A stretch of DNA of 64,000 bases from Octopus sinensis (GCF_006345805.1 NC_043003.1:81592001-81656000); one strand, 5' to 3'. Numbered from the stretch's first letter, positions 1 through 12,279 are shown. Numbers and translations are program-made. Notes: generated by a model not told the origin, from the letters alone.

Positions 1-911
1 AAAAGTGATAACTCCCTGAAATCCACTGCTTTTAATAGTCTTAGCTTCACTGGTAATTAGACCAGCTTAACCATGTGGTTAAGAAGCAAAATTCTTATCC
101 CAATTCAGGCACACACAAACACATATTTGTAAAATGCAACAAGGCTTTGCACAGTTTACGTCTAACAGATCCCACATAGAATGCATTGATCGCTTTAAAA
201 GACTGGTAAAAGACCGTCGCCGTTAGATCGAGGCCAGCAACACAATGCTACGACGCAAACTTCTAAACCACACAATCGTATCTTCCCCAATTTCATTTCT
301 CAATTTTACTACATACTTTATGATATGCAGCTTTGACGACAGAAAAATCATTTTGCTTATCAACTTAATACATGTCTCTAAAGTTTTTACAAGCTGCTAT
401 AGCATGTTTGATTTTTGTGAGTTACTTTGTATCATTTACTGCTGGATGCTCCGAGGCAAATTTATCATAAAGTGCTATAACAATAACAACAACTACACAA
501 CAGACAAAGATAGCGATTTTGACAATGTTAATGATAAAGATGACAAGATTGCTTAGTGTGATGATGAGAACAATGATAACGATACTATACAAATGTTCAC
601 AGTTAAGATGGTGAAAATTATGATAGAGAAGTAGACAAAATGATCTTGTTATGGCTTTCCATGATGTTAAATTCTGTAAATTAGTTGCTAGATAATTAAA
701 ATCAATCAGCTTTTTCAAATGCTCGTTACCTTTCCTTCTAGAGGCCGATAACGTAATCAAATATTGCATCTTCCACATGCATACTGACTAATTATTTTAT
801 TCCGTCTAATTATGTTAAATCTCCTTGTATTTGAAATTATATTACAATCTACTCCATAAACAATTGAAATTAATATAATGTTTAAGTGGCATTAAACCTC
901 GCTTTCACTAC

Positions 912-936
912 CTACTCTTTACCAATTAAATATATT

Positions 937-970
<34 letters not shown>

Positions 971-1022
971 CATATTTGTAGACATGCATATATATATAGA
1001 ACATAATCCATATATATATGTT

Positions 1023-1054
<32 letters not shown>

Positions 1055-1105
1055 GGCATATTGTAGACATGCATATATATATAGAAACATAATCCATATA
1101 TATAT

Positions 1106-1164
<59 letters not shown>

Positions 1165-1290
1165 GGCATATTCGTAGACATGCATATATATATATATATA
1201 GAAACATAATCGATATATATATGTTTATAAATAGATCCATATATGATAAATATATATATTATATAAAATACGTAAATGTGTGTTATATGT
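912..1290. repeat. (TA)n-based minisatellite with three copies of a conserved spacer unit
   Basis: The unit TATAGGCATATT(N)GTAGACATGCA(TA)nGAAACATAATC.ATATATATATGTTTATA recurs near 963, 1050 and 1161, separated by TA runs. Confidence 0.85.
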
Positions 1291-1450
1291 GTATGCAATA
1301 TTCATATAACATACACGTTCCTATAATACACTTTAATACGATTAAATAAACATAAATATAATATATATAATATCAATAATGTTTCTATTTATCTATCTTT
1401 TTTCTCTCTCACACTATGTATATAATTATTATATAAATGTATATAATTAT

Positions 1451-1934
1451 TAAAGTGGCAAGAGGTAATTGAAAACCAAAAGATACAAAGAGGCGCAAAA
1501 ACAATACACTAAAAGGGACGAAGGGTGCAAGTCAACACCAGCACTGCTAGAAATAAGAGTCAAAATAACTCCTAGCCACGATCAGTGTATTTACTGTTTA
1601 ACAGATCACTTTCTATACACTGACAAGGGAGATGGCTTCCCTACAGCAAGCAAGGGCATCTGGAACGGCCGGCTGATTTCGGATAGAATTAATCCTCAGC
1701 GGTGACTCCGTTGCCGATGGGTAAGTTAAATCGACTTGTCAGTTTATAGACTATACCATAGGAAACAGTGGCTGATTCACTAAAATGGTAAAGTGAAAAT
1801 TACAAAATTAATAAAGTGGCTAGACACAATTTAAAACCAAAAGACACAAATACAATCGTCACTAAAAGTGACTAAGTGTGCAAGTGTCTAGCATTGTAAG
1901 AAATAAGAGTCAAAATAATTCTTAGCCACAAACA
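1451..1934 (+). repeat. Two diverged copies of an unclassified dispersed repeat (family D)
   Basis: 1451-1584 and 1810-1934 share AAAGTGGC...AAAACCAAAAGA.ACAAA...GTGCAAGT...AGAAATAAGAGTCAAAATAA.TC.TAGCCAC. A third partial copy lies at ~47055-47135. Confidence 0.7.
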
Positions 1935-2088
1935 GAACAACTAAATGATATTAAGTTTGTTGAGATAATTTTGAAATATAACTTCCAAAAACCTCTTCTG
2001 CTCCTCTCATGAGATTTTGCCGAGTACAATAAGTTAATTATTGCAATTTAATCTTTGGGCAAAATTGAAACAGCTGTGAGAGAATATA

Positions 2089-2477
2089 CTCTCTCTTTTA
2101 TTGTTTCAGTCTTTTGACTGCGGCCATGCTAGAGCACCGCCTTTAGTCGAGCAAATCTACCCCCGGACTTATACTTTGGAAGCCTCGTACTTATTCTATC
2201 GGTCTCTTTTGCCGAACCACTAAGTTACGGGGACGTAAACACACCAGCATCGGTTGTCAAGCGAGGAAGAATACAGTCACACAAACATACACACGCACAC
2301 ATATATACACATACGACGGGCTTTTGTCTGTTTCCGCCTACCAAATCCACTCACAAGGCTTTGGTCGGCCCGAGGTTATAGTAGAAGACACTTGCCCAAG
2401 GTGCCACGCAGTGGGACTGAACCCGGAACCATGTGGTTGGCAAGCAAGCTACTTACCACAAAGCCACTCCTGCACCT
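2089..2477 (-). mobile_element. tRNA-derived SINE, family A (full length)
   Basis: Reverse complement of the head GGAGTGGCT.TGTGGTAAGTAGCTTGCTT...GGTTCCGGGTTCAGTCCCAC (A/B-box-like), internal CA/TA tract and tail ...GACTGAAACAA.TAAAAGAG. Matches about 10 other copies in the window. Confidence 0.9.
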
Positions 2478-2932
2478 ATTCAATATGTTGAATTTTGCAA
2501 TTAATAAATTATATATATATATATAGTATATGTTAAGGCATTCGATGTGAAGATAATTTCAATTGTTTACGTAAAATTTCTTATTGAGTGTTTAGGAAAT
2601 AATTTATTCATAGCACTTTTACATGTTCGTTCAGTGTCTATTGCAAGACAAATTACGCAAGAATTTTCTAACATGGTCTTGGACATTTATCTCATCAGAA
2701 GTGTCATAAAAAATACGATGCCATTTGCAATACATCCCATAAATGATTACAATACAGGAAAGTTTAGCAGAAACGCCCAATCTGTATATTCTGCCAACGG
2801 TTTCTAATGCAGCAAACAACTGTATGTATCTTGTACATGAAGACGACGACATAAATAGTTGGAAGTTATATATTATTGTGTTAGGATTGTGTGCTAATAA
2901 AAGGATATATATATATATGTGTGTGTGTGTTT

Positions 2933-3177
2933 GGAGGCGCATGGCTTAGTGGTTAGGGCGTCAGCATCATGATCGATTGTGGTTTAGATTCTTGGACCGG
3001 GCGACGCGTTGTGTTCTTGAGCGAAACACTTCATTTCACGTTGCTCCAGTCCACTCAGCTGGCAAAAATGAGCAACGCTGGGATGGGCTGGCGTTCCATC
3101 CAGCTGGGAAACATATACGCCATTAAAACCGGGAAACCGGGCTCATGAGCATGGCTAGGCTTTAAAAGGGCGCATTT
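2933..3177 (+). mobile_element. tRNA-derived SINE, family C (CORE-like central block)
   Basis: Head GGAGGCGCATGGCTTAGTGGTTAGGG, followed by GTGTTCTTGAGCGAAACACTTCATTTCACGTTGCTCCAGTCCACTCAGCTGGCAAAAATGAG. Related copy at 8675. Confidence 0.85.
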
Positions 3178-4393
3178 ATTATATATATATATTTATAGAC
3201 TCTAACTCAGACATACAATCACATACAACGATCTATAACTTCGATTACACTCAAATTCAACTAAAGATTCACAGTTTTACACACACACAAACTTATATGT
3301 GTATATATTACGAAATGTATGTTTGCATTCTACTAACTGTGTTTTGAAAGAATATGTTTTTGAACCAATTTGATTTTTAAAATTTACTAAGAGAGTAGCT
3401 TTTGTTATTAAATATCACTTTATAACTAGGCAGGTTTTCTGAAGATGACAATCTATAGCTGTTCTTCATTTATAAGCAAAAGAATGATTTTAAGGAGGAT
3501 TACGAAAAAATTGTTGCAACTTTATCCATTGTATAGCTATTTGGACTAATCCATCCTGAAGTTGTGTCATCCTTATTGTCGTTATTATATTACCACTGCC
3601 TGTAGTTTTAATGGAATTGTTATTAGTATTGTTAGTATTATCATAACCTCCTGGATATTCAAGCGAGGAAAATGCTAGCCATTAAATGTACTGAGGTTGA
3701 AATTGCGGTTATAAATGCTTTGTGCGAAGATAGGACAAGGACTAGCACATGTAACTTAATGCCATGTTAAACTATATTTCTTTCTTCTCGTTCATAGTTG
3801 TTTCAGCTTATATTTTCAAGCTGTAGGCGTTTTGTGCATCGCTACAATTAACAACCTATGACACAGAATGTTGCTAAAACATTCATCACTTTGTAATACT
3901 GATTAATGAACCTTGTCAACAACAACAAATATCATTTTTAATTATCGTTTAACAAATATTTCGAAGAAACATGGTTAAAAATAATCCATAGTGATATTTT
4001 CGTTAACGAAAAGAAAAGAAATTATCGGAAAAATTTTACTGTAATGTCGTTTCAAATTATTTGAGACTATGAAAGAAATTCTCTATTTAAAGACTAGAAA
4101 ATTTTACAATCAGCTGTATATAAAATATTCTTCACTATGTTCGAATATTGTTCGAGACGCGCATTTAAAATATCTTGTTTTATTGCAAATATGACTAGAC
4201 ATTTTGATAGAAATATGGGCATATATTTTCTAACTAAAACAATGTAATGAAATATGCCTCTAGTTATAACAAACAGTGGAAACTGCCAGCATCTATGTCT
4301 ATTTATCTGTGTCTATTTATGCATCTTATTTATCTATTGTATTGCACACACATATATCTATACATATCAATGCATATACATACATACATATAT

Positions 4394-4750
4394 ATTAATG
4401 CATTCGAGCTTTGGTGCTGGAGAAGACTTTTACGGATTCCATGGACAGCGAGGCTCACCAATGGAGAAGTTCTTAAACAGATCAAGCCGAAAAGGTCGCT
4501 AGAAGCTCGGATCACCAAGTATAGATTGGCATAATTCGGTCATATTATGCAGAGAAAATCCCTGGAGAAGGACATCATGCTCGGAATGGTCATTGGCAAG
4601 AGAAGAGGCTGACCACGAACCTGCTGGCTTGACACCATCAAGAGGGATAGCGAAATGGACATAGCCAATTTGAAAGAAGCGGTCCAGGATAGAACTGACT
4701 GGAGGACACTGATCCAACGAGTGACCGAGAGTCGACTTCGACTGAGCGGA
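4394..4750 (+). mobile_element. RTE-clade (BovB-like) LINE, 5'-truncated 3' end of ORF, pseudogenised
   Basis: Translates INAFELWCWRRLLRIPWTARLTNGEVLKQIKPKRSLEARITKYRLA*FGHIMQRKSLEKDIMLGMVIGKRRG*PRTCWLDTIK...AVQDRTDWRTLIQRVTESRLRL. This is the characteristic RTE C-terminus (FE.WCWRR.LRI.W; FGH..R; GKR.RGRP..RW.D), with two in-frame stops. Confidence 0.92.
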
Positions 4751-4756
4751 TGTATA

Positions 4757-5094
4757 TATATATAATAAAATATTAGGGAATAAATCCAAACTTACAGGGA
4801 AAAATCAGATTTAGGATTGAATCCAATTTTATAGTAAAATATTATATTATATTAAATTAGAGGTAAAACCACTATTAGGCAAATCATACAATGAAAAACT
4901 TAAGCCAATACATAAGATTAATTAATTTATATTATTTAAATATATATCAAAATTATTAAAAAAGATAATTAATATAACACTACGATCGTTTCATGGCTGT
5001 TCAATTCTTAAAATTTTCGAGTTACAGTCATTCTTCAGGTGGTCTAAACCACCTGAAGAATGACTGGCTTCCAAGGAATGACTGGCTTCCAAGG
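4757..5094 (-). mobile_element. Penelope-like element terminal (pseudo-LTR) fragment with hammerhead motif and inverted duplication
   Basis: AT-rich segment ending in an HHR motif (4978-5041, minus) plus a perfect 19-bp inverted repeat (5025-5043/5048-5066). HHR-bearing termini are an established feature of PLEs. Confidence 0.55.
4978..5041 (-). ncRNA. Minimal type I hammerhead ribozyme motif, intact core
   Basis: Minus strand reads CAC-CUGAAGA-AUGACUG...CAGCCAU-GAAA-CGAUCG-UA-GUG. This gives CUGANGA and GAAA boxes, stem II with 6 of 7 pairs, palindromic helix III (ACGAUCGU), a GUA cleavage triplet and a 3-bp stem I. Confidence 0.65.
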
Positions 5095-5194
5095 AATAAA
5101 ATTATAACGTGTGACCAATTCTTGAGGTTACTTATTGAAGTATTTTTCGCAGAAATTGATAATATATCGACAATATATATCGATATATCTGAGA

Positions 5195-5503
5195 GCCCCT
5201 TCGGTCACGACACAGACCATGGGATTGTACCTAGAAAGTTCCCTTCAGAGGCACAAATCCAGGCAAGGTTGTTTATGGAAGACGAGCAGTCGACCATTCA
5301 TACCGGCCTCCCCTCTCCACGCCACCAGTGTTATCCAAGAGAAAGGCAAAGGCCGATAGAGCTTGGCACCTGTGACGTCGCAACTCATTTCTACAGCTGA
5401 GTGACCTGGAACAACGTGAAGAACACAACACGCAACCCAGTCCGGGATTCGAGCTCACAACCTCACGATCGTAAGCTCGGCGCTCTAACCACTGAGCCAT
5501 GCG
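5195..5503 (-). mobile_element. tRNA-derived SINE, family C head with a different 3' tail
   Basis: Minus strand: CGCATGGCTCAGTGGTTAGAGCG...GAGCTCGAATCCCGG...CACGTTGTTCCAGGTCACTCAGCTGTAGAAATGAG, then a tail unrelated to the 2933 copy. Confidence 0.85.
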
Positions 5504-7052
5504 TTTTATATATCGATATATATATTCTTTAAAATTGTTGGTTATATAATTTGATAGAGATTTGTAAAAATAAATCAAGAAAATTATGAAGATGTTGAAG
5601 TAATTTCTAATAATACTAATTAACGCTAGAACACTCAAAATCGACCATTTTCTCAATGAATTATTCAAGTCATAACAAAATAGTCATTACGTATTCAATC
5701 AAAGCAAAGTCTCAAGATTGTATTTGCAAAGGAATGTGAATGATTCTACAGGATTTAGATAAATTTGATAATTCTACGCAGATTATCAAGAATTGCGCAT
5801 CAGAAGCGCACCCTTCATGAAATCTAATGCTCAGTGATGGAAATTCACCGAGGCTACACTAGAGACTGTTCTCCCTCAACTCGTCAGAAATACAGGGGCA
5901 GCTGTATTTTAAATTGACCTTCACTGTCGATTATATAATTCCCAACTGAAATTATCAAAGGTAGTGGAAATCAAGGAATTTTCTGTTACCTTAGTTTTTC
6001 CTCGAAAGATACACAAAGTTAACTTATTGTAATGACTATAGGAGTGAAACCTATTTTTTAAGTAAACGCGAAGTATGTTATTCATTAAAATCAAACATTG
6101 AAAGTATCATCGAAGAAAATATTCTTATAGCTTTCGTTTAGCTAGTAGAAAGTATATTCTCTAGAAGGTGCGAATATCACGCAGAGAAATAAGAAAAATG
6201 TTAACAAAAATGTTAACAGAATGTATAAAAATAAGATGCATACTAAAAGTTTCTACTTGCAAATAGAGAATATATTTCAAACAAATACATTCCAATAAAA
6301 ATATCCTATTGCTCGATGAAGAAAAGAAAAGAAAAGAAAAAAGACTTTCTAATACTAATCTGATGCCATGTCAAGTCAAAGATAATATTCAACATTTCAA
6401 CATTGCAATACGTGTCGTTAAACTAAGCAAACTTTAAACACTATTATGGTAATATTGTCAGATTGCGTCAGAGCATCAATAATCTTGTTTGACATTTACA
6501 TTGTACACACTTTCCAGAATCTAAGAATGAGAGTTACCCAGAGCAAAGTGACTAGTTTTAATTTCACCTTATTACGTAGGTTTTATGTTTTTCTAAGGAT
6601 CAATTTCACTGTTTGTAAAGACTTATATGAAGCAAATTATCATATTCAACTATAGAAAGACAATAAAGTACCTTTTTTTTTTTTCTACATTTTACGTAAA
6701 AACTAATTCATCATAAATTCTTGATGAGATAAAGATAAAAATAAATAATGAATTTCATAAACTTGACCTACAAAGAAATTCCGGGAGATTTCAGCACAAT
6801 ACTGAAAAATAATTAATAATTTTTCATTCAGAAAAAAACAAAAAGATCTTATTAATTATCTTCCCTACTAAATTTAGATTTATAATTTTAATTTCCTTTA
6901 TTTCTTCAGATGTGTGCAAATAGAAAGAATATAAACTTGCAGCACAGACAATTTATTTCAGTTTTATTTGTTCTCAATAATTCTGGAATATTTTCATTAT
7001 GATATATTTAAAAAAAAAACAAAACAATTGGCAATAATCATTTGGCATTTTA

Positions 7053-7680
7053 GGGCGGCGTGCTGGCAGAATCGTTAGTACGCCAGCGGTATTTCGTCTG
7101 TTGTTAGGTTGTGAGTTCAAATTCTGCCGAGTTCGACTTTGCCTTTCATCCTTTCGGGGCCGATAAATTAAGTACCAGTTACGCATTGGATTCGATGTAT
7201 TCGACTTAATCCGTTTGTCTGTCCTTGTTTGTTCTCTCTGTGTTTAGCTCTTCGTGAGTAGTAAAGAAATAGGTATTTCGTCTGCTGTTACGTTCTGAGT
7301 TCAAATTCCGCCGTTGTCGACTTTGCCTTTCATCCTTTCGGGGTCGATTAAATAAGTACCAGTTACGCACTGGGGTCTATGTAATCGACTTAATCCGTTT
7401 GTCTGTCCTTGTTTGTCCCCTCTGTGTTTAGCCCCTTGTGGGTAGTAAAGAAATAAGAAACGTTAGCACGCCAGGGAAAATGCTTAGTGGCATTTTATCA
7501 TTGTTAACGTTCATTGCTAGTGATATTTCATCATTGTTTACGTGCAAATTCTGCCGAGGTGGACTTTTCCTTTGATTCTATCGTGGTCGATTAAAAAAGC
7601 ACCAGCTGAGTACCAGGGTTGATGTAATCGACTCATCCCGTCTCCCCAAATTGCTGGCCTTATACCAAAATTTGAAACCA
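7053..7680 (+). mobile_element. Three head-to-tail SINE family B copies
   Basis: The block GAGTTCAAATTC.GCCG...GACTTTGCCTTTCATCCTTTCGGGG.CGAT.AA.TAAGTACCAG...ACTGGGGTC.ATGTAATCGACT occurs at ~7053-7270 and ~7271-7455, with a degenerate copy at ~7456-7680. Confidence 0.88.
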
Positions 7681-8107
7681 ATATCTAGATAGTAAGTTGA
7701 GCGTGTCCTGCTATGCTAAATAACTGTGTGTGTATATAAGAGTGCGTGTGCTTTTCTGTGTATGTATGTATGTTTTTGTGTTCTTGTCTATGTTTATATT
7801 TATCAATGAGTTGTGTTGCGTGTGTTCATGTGATTTAGCGATTTAATAAATATAGTAGGATAAAATACGTACATGACTGAAATACGAGGTCAACACCAGT
7901 GACTAAAACCCTTGAAGATGATACGCTGCATAACTTATGGCGCACAATCTTCAAGGTAGTAACCAGTAATGTTGTATAAGATCATTTTTTTTGTTTGCAT
8001 CGCTTAAAGAGTATAATATTATTTCCCGCAATATCTATAATCTTATTTTACAAATCTCATTTTAGGAGTTTTCGCGTACTTAATTAATCATATCTTTTTC
8101 TACTCTA

Positions 8108-8307
8108 AGCACAAAGCCCGAAATTTTTGGGGAGGGGGCCAGCCGATTAGATCGACCCCAGTACGCAACTGGTACTTAATGTATCGATCTCGAAAGGATG
8201 AAAGACAAAGTCGACCTCGGCAGAATTTGAACTCAGAATGTAAAGGCAGACGAACTACCGCTAAGCATTTCTCCCTGCGTGCTAACATCTCTGCCAGCTC
8301 ACCGCCT
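8108..8307 (-). mobile_element. SINE family B
   Basis: Reverse complement of GGCGGTGAGCTGGCAGA...TTCTGAGTTCAAATTCTGCCGAGGTCGACTTTG...GTACCAGTTGCGTACTGGGGTCGAT. Confidence 0.88.
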
Positions 8308-8674
8308 CACTTATCTAATCATATTATTTTATAGATTTTTAGAGTTGTGTATAGGTAGAAAAGCTTAGGTTCAAAGGAAAAATAATTCTAATCTTATAAA
8401 CAGGCATCCCAGTCATGCTACTCAAATCTTCTAAGTAGATCTTCTAAGTAGACATATTTTTAGAAACATTTTGAAAGGGAATTACTTAATATAGATATAA
8501 CAAAATTGATTTGTATAAAATTGTAATATTTAGATCATAAACTAGAGCAAATTAGCATGATTGAAAATGATTTAGTTGTTTAATACATAATTGTATTATG
8601 TTTCGTATATGGCAAGGAAATATTCTATATCTTCGTCTACTATTTACTTAAAAGTCATTCAGTAGTGTAATAGG

Positions 8675-8897
8675 GGAGGCGTGTGGCTTAATTGTTAGGG
8701 TGTTGGACTTATGATCGTTGGATTGTGGTTTCGATTCATGGACCGACGCGTGGTGTTCATGAACAAAACACTTCATTTCACGTAACATCAGTCCATTCAG
8801 CTTGCAAAATGAGTAATTCTGCGACGGACCGCTGTCCTGTCCATTTGGGGAATTTATGCGCCATGGAAATCGGTAAACCGACGTTTTAGGAGTCGGC
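8675..8897 (+). mobile_element. SINE family C, diverged
   Basis: GGAGGCGTGTGGCTTAATTGTTAGGG...AAAACACTTCATTTCACGT...GTCCATTCAGCTTGCAAAATGAG; homologous to 2933-3177. Confidence 0.8.
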
Positions 8898-8995
8898 ATG
8901 TTCCGAGAAGGTAACTTAACCATTTTTCTTGATAGTGGTATGATATTTCCAGTTGAATTTCATTTTGTTATTTTAGATTATCCGCTTTACCGCAT

Positions 8996-9205
8996 CTATG
9001 ACCTTTCAATACGGAGAAGTGGCGGCTTGACCTGGAGTGACTCCTTAATCTCCATCAACGCATTCTTCCGAGTAACGTTACCTGAGAAATCTTTCGGAGG
9101 AATTTCATTGCAACCACTTTTATTTGCAATCGTACTGTCAGGAAGGAGTTGCAAACAGGCAGGAGACTCCAATGGCAGACCAAAAACGAGAAGGTTAACA
9201 TCCAT
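8996..9205 (-). other. Unique, GC-richer open segment of unknown identity (exon or TE relic)
   Basis: 69-aa ORF MDVNLLVFGLPLESPACLQ...LLRIERS with non-repetitive composition. An upstream acceptor-like site near 9335 is closed in all three frames. Confidence 0.2.
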
Positions 9206-11207
9206 AATTTTAGTTGATCACGCCAGAAAACCGGAAAATTACTTTTGATAGGACCTTAAGGAGGATGTGCTTGAGGAATCTACACCACATTTTCAGGAGT
9301 AGTGGGTGGAAAGGTTAGCCTAAGATTCTAGAACCTAATATGGGAAGAAAATATAAATTGCCCAAAGTAAAAAGAAAAAACAAAGTTTGATAAATTTTAA
9401 ACTTTTATATACCTAAACACACATCGTATGTAAGTATACCTAAACACACTTTTATATACCTAAACACACATCATATGCAAGTACATATTCTCATGCACGC
9501 ATATATGTTTTGATATTGACAAGTACAGTTTAGTAAAACTAATATTGATTACATATATACATTCTAGTATAAATCAATACGTTTAAAGCTTGAAAGGCAT
9601 CTTTCGCTAACAAATTTCGTTTGTGATTGCATCTTTTCTGAGTACTGGACAGTATTGTATTCTATGGATTTAAAGGTTTTTCTCAATAACTTCTAACTTA
9701 TTTCAAAGAATGCGTATCCATGATGAAGAATACTTTAGCGTTTCTGTAATTCTAAAAGTGTGTAAATCTTAATCTAATCTATAAATCGGAAATAAATTTG
9801 TGAAGAAATACTTATTACTTGAATACTATATATAAGTGTTTTTAATTATTGATCTCTTTTATTCCTCCTTTATAATTTCAATGAATGTGACTTCTGTAGC
9901 AGATAAATTTTAATTATCTAATTTGGAATGGCAGCAATAAAGTTGTTTCTTGAAAGTACCTGTTATATGGAAATTGAAGTTAAGTTATGTAGGTTTCAAA
10001 ATCCATTCAAGATAGCACATATCTCCGTAAAATTTTCTAAAAGCTTTCAGTAAAGCAAATTTTATCGATATCAATACTTTTATATTTATCTAATTTTGAC
10101 TTGAATGCTGAAATACATATTCTTGCATTTAACAAAAAAGAAATTTACAGATTTCATTTGTTGTGAACAGTGAATAGTATTATTTTTCACTGTTATAAAT
10201 CCGATTGTTAATACTTGATACTTTTTGTGTTTTTTTTTTAGCGACATGGGTAATGATATCGAATTTAATCCATAAAAGAACACTATGCTTAAAACATGAT
10301 TTACGATAAAAAAAATATTTTAGTTGCATAAAAATGTTTTGAGGTATTGATGCTATGGCATTTGCAACGACTGTTACATTAACAGTAGAGCAACTAATTT
10401 CTTTTCACTTATATGCTATTGAAAAGTTCATAGTAATAGGGAAGTAAAACGAAATATAATTATTATAAACCCTGGAATGTTAAAATTTGAATTATTTTTT
10501 TATATAAATGATCAATTTCAATGTCAAATGTATCGTAGATAATGATGTATAACATGATTTTTGTTGAATGTTTGTAATGAGAATAGTCTAACAAGCTATA
10601 ATTTTATTGACTTGAGGGTAAAAGATGATAATGGATGTAAAACAAATCGACCCTAAGGAGATCTACATTAAGACGTCAAGTGGGAACTTAAATACCGGGC
10701 GCAAATTTGCCCAACTCTCAACTAATTCTGATAACTAAGATTTCCGTCACACGTTTGAGATCGAAAGAAAGAACACAAAGAAAGAATGTTAAATTTAGTT
10801 AGACATTTTACCAATAGTTTAACTGCAGTATTTTTACTTTAACTGGTTATAATTAAACCATTAATATTTCCTTGATGACCAAAGGAGATATAAATAGAAA
10901 TATTAATGGCAATAACATTATTTAAATCATGATAGCTATGTTGATGTAACTGCGCATATTTATTGTGGATGGGAATTAATAAAAATTTACTTTGAGAGAA
11001 AGTACTCAATACATAAGGTAGAGCTGTTTCAGTTATACTGCCTTCACTAAGTGAACCCGAATGCTATTTCCCATTAATACCACAGGTAACGTTACAAATA
11101 AGATTTAATATGAAAATATAGAGTTGAGAGAGAAAAGAATCTGCAACTGCTTATATTTTAAATATGATTTAAATGAATTAGCTACATTTAAGTATACTGG
11201 CATTGGC

Positions 11208-11213
11208 GATCTT

Positions 11214-11271
<58 letters not shown>

Positions 11272-11293
11272 TACTACTACTACTACTACTACA
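11208..11293. repeat. (CTA)n microsatellite
   Basis: Long CTACTACTA run; the source of the poly-S and poly-L ORFs in the track. Confidence 0.95.
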
Positions 11294-11441
11294 CACTCAT
11301 TCATGCTTCATGCTTACATACATGATTACATTCATGCTTACAAACATACATGCATAAAAATGTAACAAATTCTCCATTAATATTTAAACCGCTCTTCTCT
11401 TCTCATCAAAGAAATAAAAAATGGTTTTATTCATTGTCTTC

Positions 11442-11743
11442 AGCCTCGGGCTGACCAAAGCTTTGTGAAAGGATTTGGTAGACGGAAACTGAAAGAAGCC
11501 CATCGTATATATATATGCATGTGTGTAATGTTTGTGTGTCTGTATTTGTCCCCTCCCAAACATCGTTTGACAACCGATGGTAATGTGTTTACGTCCCCGT
11601 AACTTAGCGGTTCGGCAAAAGAGACCGATGGAATATGTACTAGGCTTCCAAAGAATAAGTCCTGGGGTGTATTTGCTCGACTTAAGGTGGTGTTCCAGCA
11701 TGGCCGCAGTCAAATGACTGAAACAAGTAAAAGAGTAAAGAGT
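11442..11743 (+). mobile_element. SINE family A, 5'-truncated
   Basis: AGCCTCGGGCTGACCAAAGC...GGATTTGGTAGACGGAAACTGAAAGAAGCCC through CAGTCAAATGACTGAAACAAGTAAAAGAG. Confidence 0.9.
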
Positions 11744-11745
11744 AA

Positions 11746-11899
11746 CTACTTTGAGTTCATTGACAGATAATGCTGGAGATCATTTAGTGCATTTGCTGTT
11801 TTCCATGTAGAATGATTTCCTGTTAAGGATACTTTAAGGATCATGAACCTTTTGGGTTTTAAGAATACTCCAAGAGTACTTTCTATTGATGTAGAAGTT
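11746..11899 (-). CDS. Candidate coding exon, unidentified
   Basis: Acceptor GATTTTCTCATATTTGCAG, then a phase-2 frame open for 50 codons (TSTSIESTLGVFLKPKRFMILK...HYLSMNSK) to TAG. No homolog recognised. Confidence 0.22.
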
Positions 11900-12279
11900 C
11901 TGCAAATATGAGAAAATCAATTTGGTTGATGTGAACATCGTTCTTAAACCAGATCAAAATGCGTGCATGTGGCAAGTCAGTTTTCCGTGGCATTATTTAA
12001 TGGAAACTTCATTTGTATTCCATTATATGTAAAAGATAAGTCTCTATTGTGCTGTAACCGTAATTTCAATTAGGATTCCACAAAATTTGTCTTACCGCTC
12101 AAATGACTTAAAAACAGCTGCTGTTAGTTTCAGTACATGACGTGCGTACCAACATAATCAGCAGCATCTCCACTTTAATCTTGAGAAAGAGAATGGAAAG
12201 TAGAGAAATGAAAGACGTATTGGTAGTGTTCGTGGTAGTAAGATTAAGGAAAGGAAGTGTATAAGATGAAAAGAAAACG

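Noticed and set aside
245-778. ORFs of 103 and 118 aa at the window start
   Set aside because: They are low-complexity AAT/GAT-rich sequence with no splice or homology support.
2933-3010. tRNA-like sequences at SINE 5' ends
   Set aside because: They have A/B-box-like motifs but no complete cloverleaf or acceptor stem, and they continue into SINE bodies. They are not tRNA genes.
7053-7680. Regularly repeated blocks suggesting a CRISPR-like array (also 33232-34290)
   Set aside because: The units are ~200-bp SINE copies without unique constant-length spacers. The context is eukaryotic and there are no cas genes.
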